Below are positions 10,178 to 20,201 of a DNA stretch of 64,000 nt, one piece after another. A model generated the notes under the pieces. The model ran no database searches. It worked only from the letters and a program-made list of their open reading frames with translations, and had not been told where the DNA came from. Position 1 is the first letter of the stretch, and each line of letters starts with the position of its first letter. Made by a program: the position numbers and the translations under genes. This stretch comes from a virus (taxonomy: Duplodnaviria > Caudoviricetes), in the IMG/VR virus record IMGVR_UViG_3300029305_005547, positions 1 to 64,000 of that record; one strand, 5' to 3'.

Positions 10178-10570
10178 TTATTTTAACGCATCAATCAAGT
10201 AATCAGATTCTTCTCTTGAAATGATACCAATACTTTCACTTTCATAAACCGATACTAAGGTTTGTTTAACCTTTTCAGGTTGTTTGAATTTTTTAAATAT
10301 TGATTTCTGTTCATTATCGAATTTTTCTTTTTCTTTTTTGATTTGTTCTTCTACTGAATGAAGCAAATAACGCTTCTTTAATTCCTTAGCTTTATTTTCG
10401 GATATATGACCTTTCTTTTGTTCAACGTCAATGTACGCAGGGGTTTTAATGTCTGGAAATTGTGCGTTAATTTCATCCATAAATGAATCGGTCATTTTAT
10501 CCATTGAAAGATTATGGAATTTTTCAGGTATAGAAGATTTAAATTTTTCTTTTTTGTTAAAAATACCCAT
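10178..10570 (-). CDS. probable internal head protein
   Basis: late promoter upstream; C-terminal VYES..GIISREE motif shared with 34155 ORF. Confidence 0.55.
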   Translation of the reverse strand: MGIFNKKEKFKSSIPEKFHNLSMDKMTDSFMDEINAQFPDIKTPAYIDVEQKKGHISENKAKELKKRYLLHSVEEQIKKEKEKFDNEQKSIFKKFKQPEKVKQTLVSVYESESIGIISREESDYLIDALK

Positions 10571-10631
10571 ATACGTTCACCCCTTCGTTTAGTCTTTTAA
10601 AAAATTGTTTTCAAGTAATTTATAGTCTCAA

Positions 10632-10645
10632 AAACAGTGCTTTAA
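10632..10645 (+). promoter_or_regulatory. Putative late promoter for portal
   Basis: AAACA GTGCTT TAA. Confidence 0.7.
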
Positions 10646-10675
10646 GCTAATTAAATAGAAAGGAGACTTATAATC

Positions 10676-13063
10676 GTGGCTAGAAATAACGATAAGAAGT
10701 CTACTAATACTGATGAATTCTCTTCATCAGAAAAGAGACGAAACGATGAATTATTAAAAAATATAGACAGTATGATTAGCCAGATGGAGTTATCCTTGTA
10801 TGGTACTGTAAAGAAAAATGATCATGATTACCTAACGAATCAGTTTAATGAAATTCTTAAAGGTGAAATGAATGGTCTTAACCATACACAGGATAGTGAT
10901 GTTTCATCTTTTATGGCTAAATTATTTGATAATGATAAGAGACTTGGATGGAATAGTCCAGATATCGAATCATTCTTAAATTCAGATGATGGTCAGATTA
11001 TGACATTTCTATCTGATGCATATCAGAATAAGATGCTTAAATATGCAGATCTCCAGGAAATTGCATCTCAGCTCATTGAACTTAGAGAAGCAATTCTGAT
11101 TATGAGAGATGCTATAGTTTCTCCTGATGTAACAGATGGCGGTATTTCAAGACATTTCTTATTTGATTTTGAAACTGAAGAAACCGAAGAAAATATAACT
11201 TCTAAACTTGAGTTTATAGAAAAGAAATTTGGTCTTCAGAAAATTATAAAAGACCACATTGTTCCAAAGACTCTTACATATGGTTCATACTATGCATATG
11301 TATTACCGTATAGTAAGATATTTGCAGATTTTTCTAAAAAGACATCTGATCCAATTACAGGTCAGAGTTTTATTAGTGATGCAAGAAGTTATACAGAAAA
11401 GAGTATTATAGAATCTCTTCATACTGAATCTGCTGGTATTGAAACTAAAAAAGAAAAACAAAAAGAATATGAAGATAAATACTTCACAGAATGTGCTGAA
11501 GACTTTTTAAGTCAGTTCACAGAGTCAGAAAAACAGCATATGAGTAAAGTACATTTTGGTGAGGTAGATCTTAAGAAAGTTAATTTAATAGAGAAAGTTA
11601 AAGAAGAAATCAAAACATACATGGAAAATATTACTGTATGCAATGATGAAATTCCTCTTCCATTTTTACTTGAATCTGTAGATGGTCTTACTGAATACGC
11701 TAATCTGTTTTTGAATGAAGGAGAACAAAACCTTTTCAAAGAAGTAACAAATGTTGATACAGGTGTTTATAAATCAAAGACAGATAAGAAACGTTTGAAA
11801 AAACATGAAAAAGACTTTGAAAATGTATCGGATTGTTACATTAAATTGTGTGATCCTACGCATTTATTTCCGTTAAAAATCTTAAATAAACCTATAGGAT
11901 ATTTCTATATACAGGAAGATGATGTTCGTCCGGTTAATGGTATTATGACAAGTACGACATATTATAATAGATATGATCGTACTGGAAGACAGCGAACCAT
12001 TATTGATAATCTTGTAAATAGAATTGTAATGAGCTTTGATAAAAAATTCTTGCAACAAAATACTGAACTTAAAGAAGTAATTGCTGAAGCACTTATGTAC
12101 TATGATCTCAATAGTAAAAAACTTAAATTCCAGTTTATTCCTGCTGAGTATGTCTGTGAATTTAAAGTTAATGAAGATGAGAATAAGAATGGTGTTTCAA
12201 TGATAGAACCATCATTATTCTATGCAAAGTTGTATTTATTATTACTTCTTTTCAAGATTACATCTATTATTTTATATTCTAATGACCAGAAGGTAAATTA
12301 TATCAGAACTTCAGGTATTGATAAGAATATTAGTAATAAGATTCAGGAAATTGCAAGAGATAAGCAAAACCATAAAGTAAATATTATGGATTTAATGTCA
12401 TATACTACAATGCTTCGAAAAGTTGGTAATGGTACAGAAATGTATATTCCAATGGGAAGAAGTGGCGAACGCGGATATGAAACAGAGATCTTACAGGGTC
12501 AGGAAGTTCAGCTTAATACTGAACTTATGGAACTTTTAAGAAATAGCTATATTTTAGGTACTGGTGTACCTTCTGCTATTATGAATTATTTAAATGAAGC
12601 TGATTTTGCAAAATCAATTGAAACTGCTAATACAAGATTCCAAGGTCGTGTTATGAGCTTACAGATAGACTTCAATTCAACAATTACAGATTTCTACAAA
12701 CTTGTAGCAAAGCATTCCGGAGTTATTGAAGATGAAGATATCGATGAAATTGAAGTTCAATTAACACCTCCTAAATTTGCAAATAATCTTATTAAACAAG
12801 AGTCTCTTACTTCATTTGAAGCTATCAAGACTTTTGTACTTGGATTGTTTCTTGGAGACCAATGGCAGAGCGATCCTACACAGATTGATCTTGCTAAAAA
12901 TCTTACGATTAAGCTTGTTAATAAATATCTTCCTTCTATCGATACAGATGAAATTGAAGAATGGATGGAAGAAATTAAACTTAAAGCAGTTGAAGATAAA
13001 CTTAATCCGGTTAATAAAACAAACACAGATGATATTGATGATTTTAGTGATGATTCAATATAA
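10676..13063 (+). CDS. portal protein (T4 gp20-like, jumbo phage)
   Basis: 795 aa; ELREAILIMRDAIVSPD, GSYYAYV, GTGVPSAIMN, FAKSIETANTRF; late promoter. Confidence 0.75.
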   Translation: MARNNDKKSTNTDEFSSSEKRRNDELLKNIDSMISQMELSLYGTVKKNDHDYLTNQFNEILKGEMNGLNHTQDSDVSSFMAKLFDNDKRLGWNSPDIESFLNSDDGQIMTFLSDAYQNKMLKYADLQEIASQLIELREAILIMRDAIVSPDVTDGGISRHFLFDFETEETEENITSKLEFIEKKFGLQKIIKDHIVPKTLTYGSYYAYVLPYSKIFADFSKKTSDPITGQSFISDARSYTEKSIIESLHTESAGIETKKEKQKEYEDKYFTECAEDFLSQFTESEKQHMSKVHFGEVDLKKVNLIEKVKEEIKTYMENITVCNDEIPLPFLLESVDGLTEYANLFLNEGEQNLFKEVTNVDTGVYKSKTDKKRLKKHEKDFENVSDCYIKLCDPTHLFPLKILNKPIGYFYIQEDDVRPVNGIMTSTTYYNRYDRTGRQRTIIDNLVNRIVMSFDKKFLQQNTELKEVIAEALMYYDLNSKKLKFQFIPAEYVCEFKVNEDENKNGVSMIEPSLFYAKLYLLLLLFKITSIILYSNDQKVNYIRTSGIDKNISNKIQEIARDKQNHKVNIMDLMSYTTMLRKVGNGTEMYIPMGRSGERGYETEILQGQEVQLNTELMELLRNSYILGTGVPSAIMNYLNEADFAKSIETANTRFQGRVMSLQIDFNSTITDFYKLVAKHSGVIEDEDIDEIEVQLTPPKFANNLIKQESLTSFEAIKTFVLGLFLGDQWQSDPTQIDLAKNLTIKLVNKYLPSIDTDEIEEWMEEIKLKAVEDKLNPVNKTNTDDIDDFSDDSI

Positions 13064-13066
13064 ATT

Positions 13067-13102
13067 AATGAAGAAGAGTATATTTCTATACTCTTCTTCA
13101 TT
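13067..13102. terminator. bidirectional terminator
   Basis: 16-bp stem between convergent genes. Confidence 0.8.
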
Positions 13103-13103
13103 T

Positions 13104-13559
13104 TTATTTATCCCAATCACTTTTATTTTGATCTGTTGGTTTCAATAAATCAAATGCTACAATTCTCATATCTTTAGTTTCTTTAATATTATCAGAAATC
13201 ATATTTACATTCCCAAGATATCTGATTCCCAATTTGTAATTTTTCTCTTTTAACGTTTTTAATATATGAAAAGATCTTTCATTTATAGGATATACTCCAA
13301 CTTCAGTATCATAATGAATCATATCTTTAGATTCAACATGTCCTATGATGCATTCAGGTCTTACTGTACAAAATTCTTCAGGAGGAATATATCCATTAAT
13401 ATTGTAAATAGGGCTATTATACGTAACAGGTATTCCTCTGGGATTAATATTAAATGCATTATCTAATGCCTTTTCGAGAGTTTCTTTACTATACAAAATA
13501 CCATTCATGTTTACTTCACCGCATCTAGTAACAGGTTGCATGTATATTACTTTTTCCAT
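13104..13559 (-). CDS. prohead protease-like protein, probably catalytically degenerate
   Basis: NMNGILYSKETL, GHV, LGIRYLG in place of GxSSRGxG, IVAFDL. Confidence 0.45.
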   Translation of the reverse strand: MEKVIYMQPVTRCGEVNMNGILYSKETLEKALDNAFNINPRGIPVTYNSPIYNINGYIPPEEFCTVRPECIIGHVESKDMIHYDTEVGVYPINERSFHILKTLKEKNYKLGIRYLGNVNMISDNIKETKDMRIVAFDLLKPTDQNKSDWDK

Positions 13560-13675
13560 TTTTACCCTCCTTAATATAGGTTATATATTTGTCCCAATGC
13601 TATATTATTTTTAATTTTTTCATATTTTAGACCTCAAAAAACATTAAATTAATCATATGGAAAGAAGGTAATTTT

Positions 13676-15886
13676 ATGATTCAAATTATTAAAAAAGACA
13701 ATACAATTCAGCCTTTTGATATAAGTAAAGTCATTTCGGCTGTTAATAAATCTGCATATAGAGCAATTTACAGATTCTCTGATAATGAAGTCTCACTGAT
13801 AGAGAATTTTGTAACCAGTGCAGTAAATGATCCTAACAATTGGGAGAAAGAAGAAAACGGAGATGGATACCTTACGGTTCCTATGATGCATAATATTGTA
13901 GAAAAATGTCTCACCAATATAGCTCCAACTGTAGCACAAAGTTACAGAGATTACAGAAATTACAAGACATCATTTGTTGCAATATTGGATTCTGTATATA
14001 AGAAATCTCAGGCTATTATGTATATTGGTGACAAAGAGAACGCAAATTCAGATTCTACTTTAGTAAGTACTAAGCGTTCTTTAATATTCGGTCAATTAAA
14101 TAAAGAATTATATCAAAAATTCCAATTAACCGTTAAGCAATTACAGGCGTGTAAAGATGGATACATCTATGTTCATGATATGAGCAGTAGACGTGATTGT
14201 ATTAACTGCTGTTTAGCAGATGTTGGTAATGTGCTTAAAGGTGGTTTTGAAATGGGTAATATTTGGTACAATGAACCCAAATCACTTGATGTTGCATTTG
14301 ATGTTATTGGTGATATCATTCTTAGTGCGGCTGCACAACAGTACGGAGGTTATACAGTTCCACGTATTGATGAAATTTTGATTCCTTACGCACAAAAGAG
14401 TTATGATATTCATTTTAACAAACATTTCAAATCTAAGATGCGTTCTATTATGAACGTTATGGGATATACTTCAGAAGACGAAGTATATCATAATTTTAAG
14501 ACAAACATTGAAAAAGAAGCTCATGAAGAAGCTATGATTGATGTTAGAAGAGAAATGGAACAAGGATTCCAGGGTCTTGAAATTAAATTAAATACTGTGG
14601 CTAGTAGCAGAGGAGATTATCCTTTTACTACATTTACAATTGGTGTATCTACTGATACTTTTGCTTCAATGGCAGCTGAAGTGTGTCTTGAGGTTAGAGC
14701 AAAAGGACAGGGAGCACCCGAAAAGAAAAAATCTGTACTTTTTCCTAAGTTAGTTTTCACATATACTGAAGACTTACATGGAGAAGGTAAAGAATTAAAT
14801 TGGCTTTTTGAAAAAGCATTGGATTGCTCTTTGAGAGCAATGTATCCTGACTTTTTATCACTTGATGGTGACACTGTTGTTGCCAAAATGTGGCATAAAT
14901 ATGGTGAGGTTATTGCACCTATGGGTTGTAGAGCATTCTTATCGCCTTTTTATGAAAGAGGTGGTGCTGAACCTGCTGATGAGGATGATAAACCGTTCTT
15001 TACAGGAAGATTTAATATTGGTGTAGTTTCACTTAACTTGCCAATGATTTATGCTAAATCAAAACAAGAAAATATTGACTTCTATACAGTTCTTGATGAA
15101 TATCTTGAACTTGCAAGAGAAGTTCATATAATGACTTATAATTATTTAGGAAATATGAGAGCATCTACCAATCCGGTTATGTGCTGTCAAGGAGGATTCC
15201 ATAACGGAAATCTTAATCCTAATGATAAGATTAAACCTCTTCTTAGATATGCTACTGCTAGTTTCGGAATTACAGCTCTTAATGAGCTTAATAGAATTCA
15301 CAATGGTAAATCTATTAGAGAAGATGGTCAATTTCCATTAGAAGTAATGGAATATATTAATAAGAAAGCAAAAGAATTTAAAGCTGAAGATCATATAAAT
15401 TATGCAATTTACGGAACTCCTGCAGAAAGTTTATGTGGAACTCAGGTAAATCAATTCCGTGCAAAATACGGTATAGTTGAAAATGTTTCTGATAGAGATT
15501 ATGTTTCAAATTCATTCCATTGTCATGTAAGTGAAGAAATGGATGGAATTGAAAAGCAAGATAAAGAATTCAGATTCTGGGAGTTATTCCAGGGAGGAAG
15601 AATTCAGTACGTTAAGTACGACATAAATTATAATAAAGATGCAGTTCGGTCATATGTAAAACGCGCTATGAAAATGGGATTATATGAAGGAGTTAATTTT
15701 ACTCTTTGTTATTGTGAAGATTGCGGTAAAGAAGGTGTTGGTGTTGATGAATGCCCTAAATGCGGTTCTAAGAATCTAACAAAAATTGAGAGAATGAATG
15801 GTTATCTTTCATATTCCAGAGTACACGGAGATACACGATTAAATTCAGCAAAGATGGCTGAAATTGCAGACAGAAAATCTATGTAA
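13676..15886 (+). CDS. nrdD: anaerobic (class III) ribonucleoside-triphosphate reductase
   Basis: N-terminal ATP cone, INCC, MGCR, YGTPAESL, Zn ribbon CEDC..CPKC, glycyl-radical loop RMNGYL. Confidence 0.97.
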   Translation: MIQIIKKDNTIQPFDISKVISAVNKSAYRAIYRFSDNEVSLIENFVTSAVNDPNNWEKEENGDGYLTVPMMHNIVEKCLTNIAPTVAQSYRDYRNYKTSFVAILDSVYKKSQAIMYIGDKENANSDSTLVSTKRSLIFGQLNKELYQKFQLTVKQLQACKDGYIYVHDMSSRRDCINCCLADVGNVLKGGFEMGNIWYNEPKSLDVAFDVIGDIILSAAAQQYGGYTVPRIDEILIPYAQKSYDIHFNKHFKSKMRSIMNVMGYTSEDEVYHNFKTNIEKEAHEEAMIDVRREMEQGFQGLEIKLNTVASSRGDYPFTTFTIGVSTDTFASMAAEVCLEVRAKGQGAPEKKKSVLFPKLVFTYTEDLHGEGKELNWLFEKALDCSLRAMYPDFLSLDGDTVVAKMWHKYGEVIAPMGCRAFLSPFYERGGAEPADEDDKPFFTGRFNIGVVSLNLPMIYAKSKQENIDFYTVLDEYLELAREVHIMTYNYLGNMRASTNPVMCCQGGFHNGNLNPNDKIKPLLRYATASFGITALNELNRIHNGKSIREDGQFPLEVMEYINKKAKEFKAEDHINYAIYGTPAESLCGTQVNQFRAKYGIVENVSDRDYVSNSFHCHVSEEMDGIEKQDKEFRFWELFQGGRIQYVKYDINYNKDAVRSYVKRAMKMGLYEGVNFTLCYCEDCGKEGVGVDECPKCGSKNLTKIERMNGYLSYSRVHGDTRLNSAKMAEIADRKSM

Positions 15887-15903
15887 AGGAAGGTAAAAAA
15901 TAA

Positions 15904-16338
15904 ATGGCAGATCCTATTCCTTACGCTTATAAAGCGTTATATCTTACAAAAGATGAAACTAAAGATGGACGTAATTTAGGACTTAAATTCGTTCTTGAAA
16001 ACAAAGATCGATGGGAAGATATTGCTAATTCTACATATGAACTACAGACATATGATAAAGGTACTTCTCAAATCGTTCACGAAAATAAGTTGTATATGAT
16101 TCACAGAGATTTTATCTTTGTTGACAATGCTGAAAGAGTATTCTTATGTAAATGCTATGAAGCAGAAGTTGATACGTATGTTGAATCTACAGAATCTGAT
16201 GAAGATGAAGGATATACACCTGATTCTATTAAGATTGCAGGTCAGTACGATTATCTTGAAAAGAATGCTGATAACAGCTCTGAAAACACAGAAGGTGAAG
16301 TATCTGATGAAACAAAACCTGAAACAGAGACTAAGTAA
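15904..16338 (+). CDS. acidic hypothetical protein
   Basis: RBS; follows nrdD. Confidence 0.75.
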   Translation: MADPIPYAYKALYLTKDETKDGRNLGLKFVLENKDRWEDIANSTYELQTYDKGTSQIVHENKLYMIHRDFIFVDNAERVFLCKCYEAEVDTYVESTESDEDEGYTPDSIKIAGQYDYLEKNADNSSENTEGEVSDETKPETETK

Positions 16339-16342
16339 ATTA

Positions 16343-16377
16343 AAATACACTAGTGAGAAATTCTCACTAGTGTATTT
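16343..16377. terminator. intrinsic terminator
   Basis: 17-bp stem followed by T-run. Confidence 0.8.
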
Positions 16378-16468
16378 ATTTTTTTATAAAATTCAATATA
16401 CTAATAAAGTTTTATATTGTTAAAATATTTTAACAATAATTTATGACAGTTGAAAGGGGTGAGTATTT

Positions 16469-16675
16469 ATGTGGAGTGCAAAATTACATATGCCTATTCC
16501 ACAAATCATGTTATGTCATGACTCCGGTAGAACTTTTAATAGTGAAGTTTCTATCGAAGAATTTATAGACGCACCTAGATTTGATGCAATCACTGTTATT
16601 GAAAGTGACGATCATATGTGTGTTCTTAAATATAATACTAAAGAAGTAAAAACTCGTATTCCATATGATGTTTAA
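16469..16675 (+). CDS. hypothetical protein
   Basis: GGGGTG RBS; AACA-N6-TA motif upstream; hairpin 16680-16707 downstream. Confidence 0.6.
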   Translation: MWSAKLHMPIPQIMLCHDSGRTFNSEVSIEEFIDAPRFDAITVIESDDHMCVLKYNTKEVKTRIPYDV

Positions 16676-16710
16676 AAAAGAAGGATGAACCAAATGGTTC
16701 ATCCTTCAAT

Positions 16711-17976
16711 TTATTGTAATTTGAATTCTTTCTTGATCAAGTTATTGATCATTTCTGGATTTATACAAATCATGATTGTATATGTCAAATATCCATAATC
16801 GTCATTATTAAAATGAATATCAAGCTTATCAAAATCCACATAATACTCAGTACCAGGACTCATAAGTCTACCTTGTTCCCTTATTCTAATATCAACGATT
16901 TCTCCAACATAATAATTTCTGTCTGTATAATGCTTTATAGCAGCTGTGATTGCTGGACTAAGAAGCGTTGAGAAATTAATAGTATCTTTCTTCTGAGATA
17001 GACCACATGTTGCACGATTATATTGAGTCCATCCAGTTTGTAAATTCCAATCTTCTTTTAACAAGACATCTGTAAAAATAGGAATGATCGTTCCATCATC
17101 ACTAAATGTAGGTTTCTTAATCTTAAATACTTTATCCGAGAATAAGAAATACATACCATTAGTATAAAACTCCATTCGTATAGTGAAATTGATCTGATAA
17201 TTATCATTGATCTGACCATTTCTTTCACCATCATCAATTTCAAATGATGGTATCGTTGTAATAATTTTTACAGGATGGTATCTATAAAATTCCTGGCTAT
17301 TCGTACTCCCTTGTAATTTATACGTTACAGGATTTACGGAATTTTGATTCATATAACTTAAAAAGTTTTTAACAGAACCATTTTGATTAATGTCGACACC
17401 AGATAGTTCTGAAATCATTTCCATAAGTTCTATAGAAAGAAAACTTTCAAAACATGTATCAAGATCAAACGGGCTATTCATAGGAATTTTATTCTTTAAA
17501 TATGTTGCATAATTCAACTGTTGCATTAATGTAGAAAATACCATAACTACATCTACATACATTACAGTTCTATTTAATTGATATTTTATTGCTACCTGAT
17601 TTCTACTATCAAAGAAAAATGGCTGTAAAGCATCAGGTCCAAAATTATATGAATTATAAAGTAATCTATCTGTAAGAGGAGTACCCTGTAAAAATCTTTC
17701 ATCATTAAAGTCTACTCGTGGTCGTATCATTAATGCTGGTTTAGAATTTTTACTAATCTCATTAGATGTTCGTCTAAGTTGTCTATGAGCAATCTTAGAA
17801 CTAACATTAATTGATTTAAAAATACTATCACCTTCATCATTTTTTGGAAACTGATCAATTAACCACTTTTGAATAAAAGCAACTGCATTACCATATGTAT
17901 GGGCACTTGATGACATCATTTGAACAAACTTTACAGGATGACTCTTTAAAGGTTTCTTTTCCATTTCTTTTACCAA
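16711..17976 (-). CDS. probable virion structural protein
   Basis: 421-aa beta-rich ORF; GACA-N6-TAA late-like motif upstream. Confidence 0.55.
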   Translation of the reverse strand: MVKEMEKKPLKSHPVKFVQMMSSSAHTYGNAVAFIQKWLIDQFPKNDEGDSIFKSINVSSKIAHRQLRRTSNEISKNSKPALMIRPRVDFNDERFLQGTPLTDRLLYNSYNFGPDALQPFFFDSRNQVAIKYQLNRTVMYVDVVMVFSTLMQQLNYATYLKNKIPMNSPFDLDTCFESFLSIELMEMISELSGVDINQNGSVKNFLSYMNQNSVNPVTYKLQGSTNSQEFYRYHPVKIITTIPSFEIDDGERNGQINDNYQINFTIRMEFYTNGMYFLFSDKVFKIKKPTFSDDGTIIPIFTDVLLKEDWNLQTGWTQYNRATCGLSQKKDTINFSTLLSPAITAAIKHYTDRNYYVGEIVDIRIREQGRLMSPGTEYYVDFDKLDIHFNNDDYGYLTYTIMICINPEMINNLIKKEFKLQ

Positions 17977-18076
17977 CCTTTCATAAGTCTTTTAAAGAAA
18001 TGTCCCTATTTTTTAATGATTATTAATTATCGTAAATACATAGAATTAATTGCTTAAATGAAAGGAGGTGGTAAAA

Positions 18077-18364
18077 ATGAGAAGATCGAAAAACCACAGC
18101 TCGTTTAAGATGTTTTTAAGACGAATATTAATCACGTTGCGTTTCTTCGGGCAACGATTGCTCAAAAATGTGCATGAGATTCTAATCGGTCCCGGAACCG
18201 AAAAAAGAATCAGAAAGAAATGTGATAAAAACCAACTTGAAAATTTAGGTTTGATTATATATCTGGAGATATTTACGAGATGTAATACAAAATGGCAATA
18301 CTTAGTCATAATGTGCCGTGATGTTCACAAGCGTGTCAGTGGACTAAGTTTACACCCCGTTTGA
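18077..18364 (+). CDS. small basic protein in a hairpin-rich transcript
   Basis: AAAGGAGG RBS before ATG 18077; TACA-N6-TAA motif at 18037. Confidence 0.45.
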   Translation: MRRSKNHSSFKMFLRRILITLRFFGQRLLKNVHEILIGPGTEKRIRKKCDKNQLENLGLIIYLEIFTRCNTKWQYLVIMCRDVHKRVSGLSLHPV

Positions 18365-18495
18365 GAAACCTAAATATTTTTCAGTCATCAAGTAGTTCAT
18401 TATCGTAAATTATAAATTATAGAGAAAACGAAATTCATTGTGAACCTTTAATGGATAAAAGATGACTTTTACAATTATATTATACTGGTGCATGT

Positions 18496-18532
18496 AAATT
18501 CCCCTAGGGTCATTTCGATCCTAGGGGAATTT
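18496..18532. terminator. bidirectional terminator at 3' end of fibre cassette 1
   Basis: AAATTCCCCTAGG...CCTAGGGGAATTT. Confidence 0.8.
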
Positions 18533-18535
18533 TAT

Positions 18536-19240
18536 TTATGGTATTAATAAAAAATTTTCTATTTTTGAAAGTCTATTATCGTGTATTTGTAATAATTTTA
18601 TTATAGGTGATACAAATCTTGAATAATCTATTCCATCAGGTTCATTATTATCATTACATATTACAGGATATGTTAAATATTTATAGACATCTTCTGCAAT
18701 AAGTCCTAAACAATTTACACCATTATTTTCATTGATATAATCATAAATAACAGGTTTTAGTTTTAATAGATCATATGCATATTTATCATCCATGTAATGT
18801 ATATTTTTCTTATATTTAATAGAAGAATCGTTTGTAAAACTTTTTCCGCGCATTCCAACCCATGTCCAAGAACTATCGGTACTACTTGGTGTTTGTAATT
18901 GAATTTCATTTATAGCCATTAATTTTAAATATGAAGTTGAAGATGAATTATTAGCAACAAGATATGTATTATTTCCCTTTGCATAAAAAAATCCTCCAAC
19001 TCCTTGGCTAGTTCCTGTATTTGCATAAAAATGCGCAGTATTTAAAGCTGTAAATGATGTTTTAGATGTAATATTGCCAACAACTGTACCACCACTACTT
19101 AATGATAAATAATCATGTGTATGTGATGAAGATGCATAATTTGAATGTGAATGGTTTGCTGTAGCACAATAACTAGTATAATTTGAAGTTGTAAGCATAC
19201 CGCTATGTGTATGATTAGAAGATGCTTTGTTACTATTTAG
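18536..19240 (-). other. silent tail-fibre tip cassette 1 (HxH repeats plus Peptidase_S74 intramolecular chaperone); frame opens at LNSN inside the repeat
   Basis: LNSNKASSNHTHSG extends the ORF by 14 codons to a TAG in the repeat; SSIKYKKNI...LKPVIYDY...GLIAEDV...IDYSRF; no RBS. Confidence 0.8.
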
Positions 19241-19310
19241 CTAAATAAAGAATCTGTAAGTCTCGAGAAATATCGAGACTTACAGAAAACTTACTTAACT
19301 AAATTCCGTC
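19230..19310 (-). repeat. 81-bp hairpin element, copy 1
   Basis: TTACTATTTAGCTAAATAAAGAATCTGTAAGTCTCGAGAAATATCGAGACTTACAGAAAACTTACTTAACTAAATTCCGTC. Confidence 0.95.
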
Positions 19311-19413
19311 CCCCTCACTTAAATCCAATCTTAAACTTTTGATGAAAAATCATAATTTTTATTGATATATTATTATATTGAATTTATTCATATAATTTCG
19401 GAGGTGATGCAAT

Positions 19414-19638
19414 ATGCAACCAGAAAAAATTCATGTAATAGTAAATGAAGATTATACAACATCTTATGGAAATGAAATGGTCAAATTTTCTAAAGGTGAT
19501 AAAGTATGGGATTACAAGAATGATATATTTGACCATAACGGTCAAAAAATGATATTGGCTAAAGACGAAGTTATTGGTCATATTATTGGGTTCTTACCAT
19601 TAAATAAAACAAATTATGAAAACACGATCGGTAGGTGA
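19414..19638 (+). CDS. hypothetical protein
   Basis: GGAGGTG RBS; early motif at 19366; hairpin GGTAGGTGATCT/AGATCACCTACC at 3' end. Confidence 0.7.
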   Translation: MQPEKIHVIVNEDYTTSYGNEMVKFSKGDKVWDYKNDIFDHNGQKMILAKDEVIGHIIGFLPLNKTNYENTIGR

Positions 19639-19769
19639 TCTCAGTCCAGATCACCTACCCTTCCAATACACAAGGAGAATTTTCACCCAATGAAAAATGG
19701 TATTTTTATATAGATTAAAATCTATTAATAAACAGTTCTTTGAAATTAAAACAGAAATGAGGTGATTAC

Positions 19770-19931
19770 ATGACATTATTTACAAAAGTACTTATTTTAT
19801 TAACGATAATCGTCGGTATTATTTTAATACTAATTATCAAAAAGAAGTTAGATCAATGGGCTATTGATCGAGCGATGAGACCTTACATAGAAGCTGAAAA
19901 GAAAGACGATAAGAAAGAGAGGAAATTATAA
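19770..19931 (+). CDS. 53-aa single-TM membrane protein (not in ORF track)
   Basis: GAGGTG RBS; MTLFTKVLILLTIIVGIILILIIKKK... Confidence 0.65.
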   Translation: MTLFTKVLILLTIIVGIILILIIKKKLDQWAIDRAMRPYIEAEKKDDKKERKL

Positions 19932-20159
19932 ATGGATAAATTTGTATTCGTAGAAGATTGGTTAGATCTTGAGAAAAATTTTATATCTGTGAAATGTACA
20001 ACTGATAATGCGTTTTATTCTATACTGATTTATACTTATGATGATCCATACACATGTTATTATCAGGAAGGTGTATGTCCGGATAAAAATCTTAAGGAAG
20101 AACTTGAAAAAGAACTCTTCGCATATCTACATTCTAAATATCCAGAACATTGGGATTAA
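19932..20159 (+). CDS. hypothetical protein
   Basis: GAGG RBS; abuts previous ORF. Confidence 0.7.
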   Translation: MDKFVFVEDWLDLEKNFISVKCTTDNAFYSILIYTYDDPYTCYYQEGVCPDKNLKEELEKELFAYLHSKYPEHWD

Positions 20160-20162
20160 ATA

Positions 20163-20193
20163 AAGAGACTACTGGAAATTCCAGTAGTCTCTT
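20163..20193. terminator. bidirectional terminator
   Basis: 15-bp stem AAGAGACTACTGGAA/TTCCAGTAGTCTCTT. Confidence 0.85.
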
Positions 20194-20201
20194 ATTTTTT
20201 T

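Noticed and set aside
19241-19294. Spliceosomal-intron-like GTAAGT...TTCTTTATTTAG on the minus strand of the element
   Set aside because: Bacterial phage context, and copy 4 ends TTTAA rather than AG; likely coincidence.
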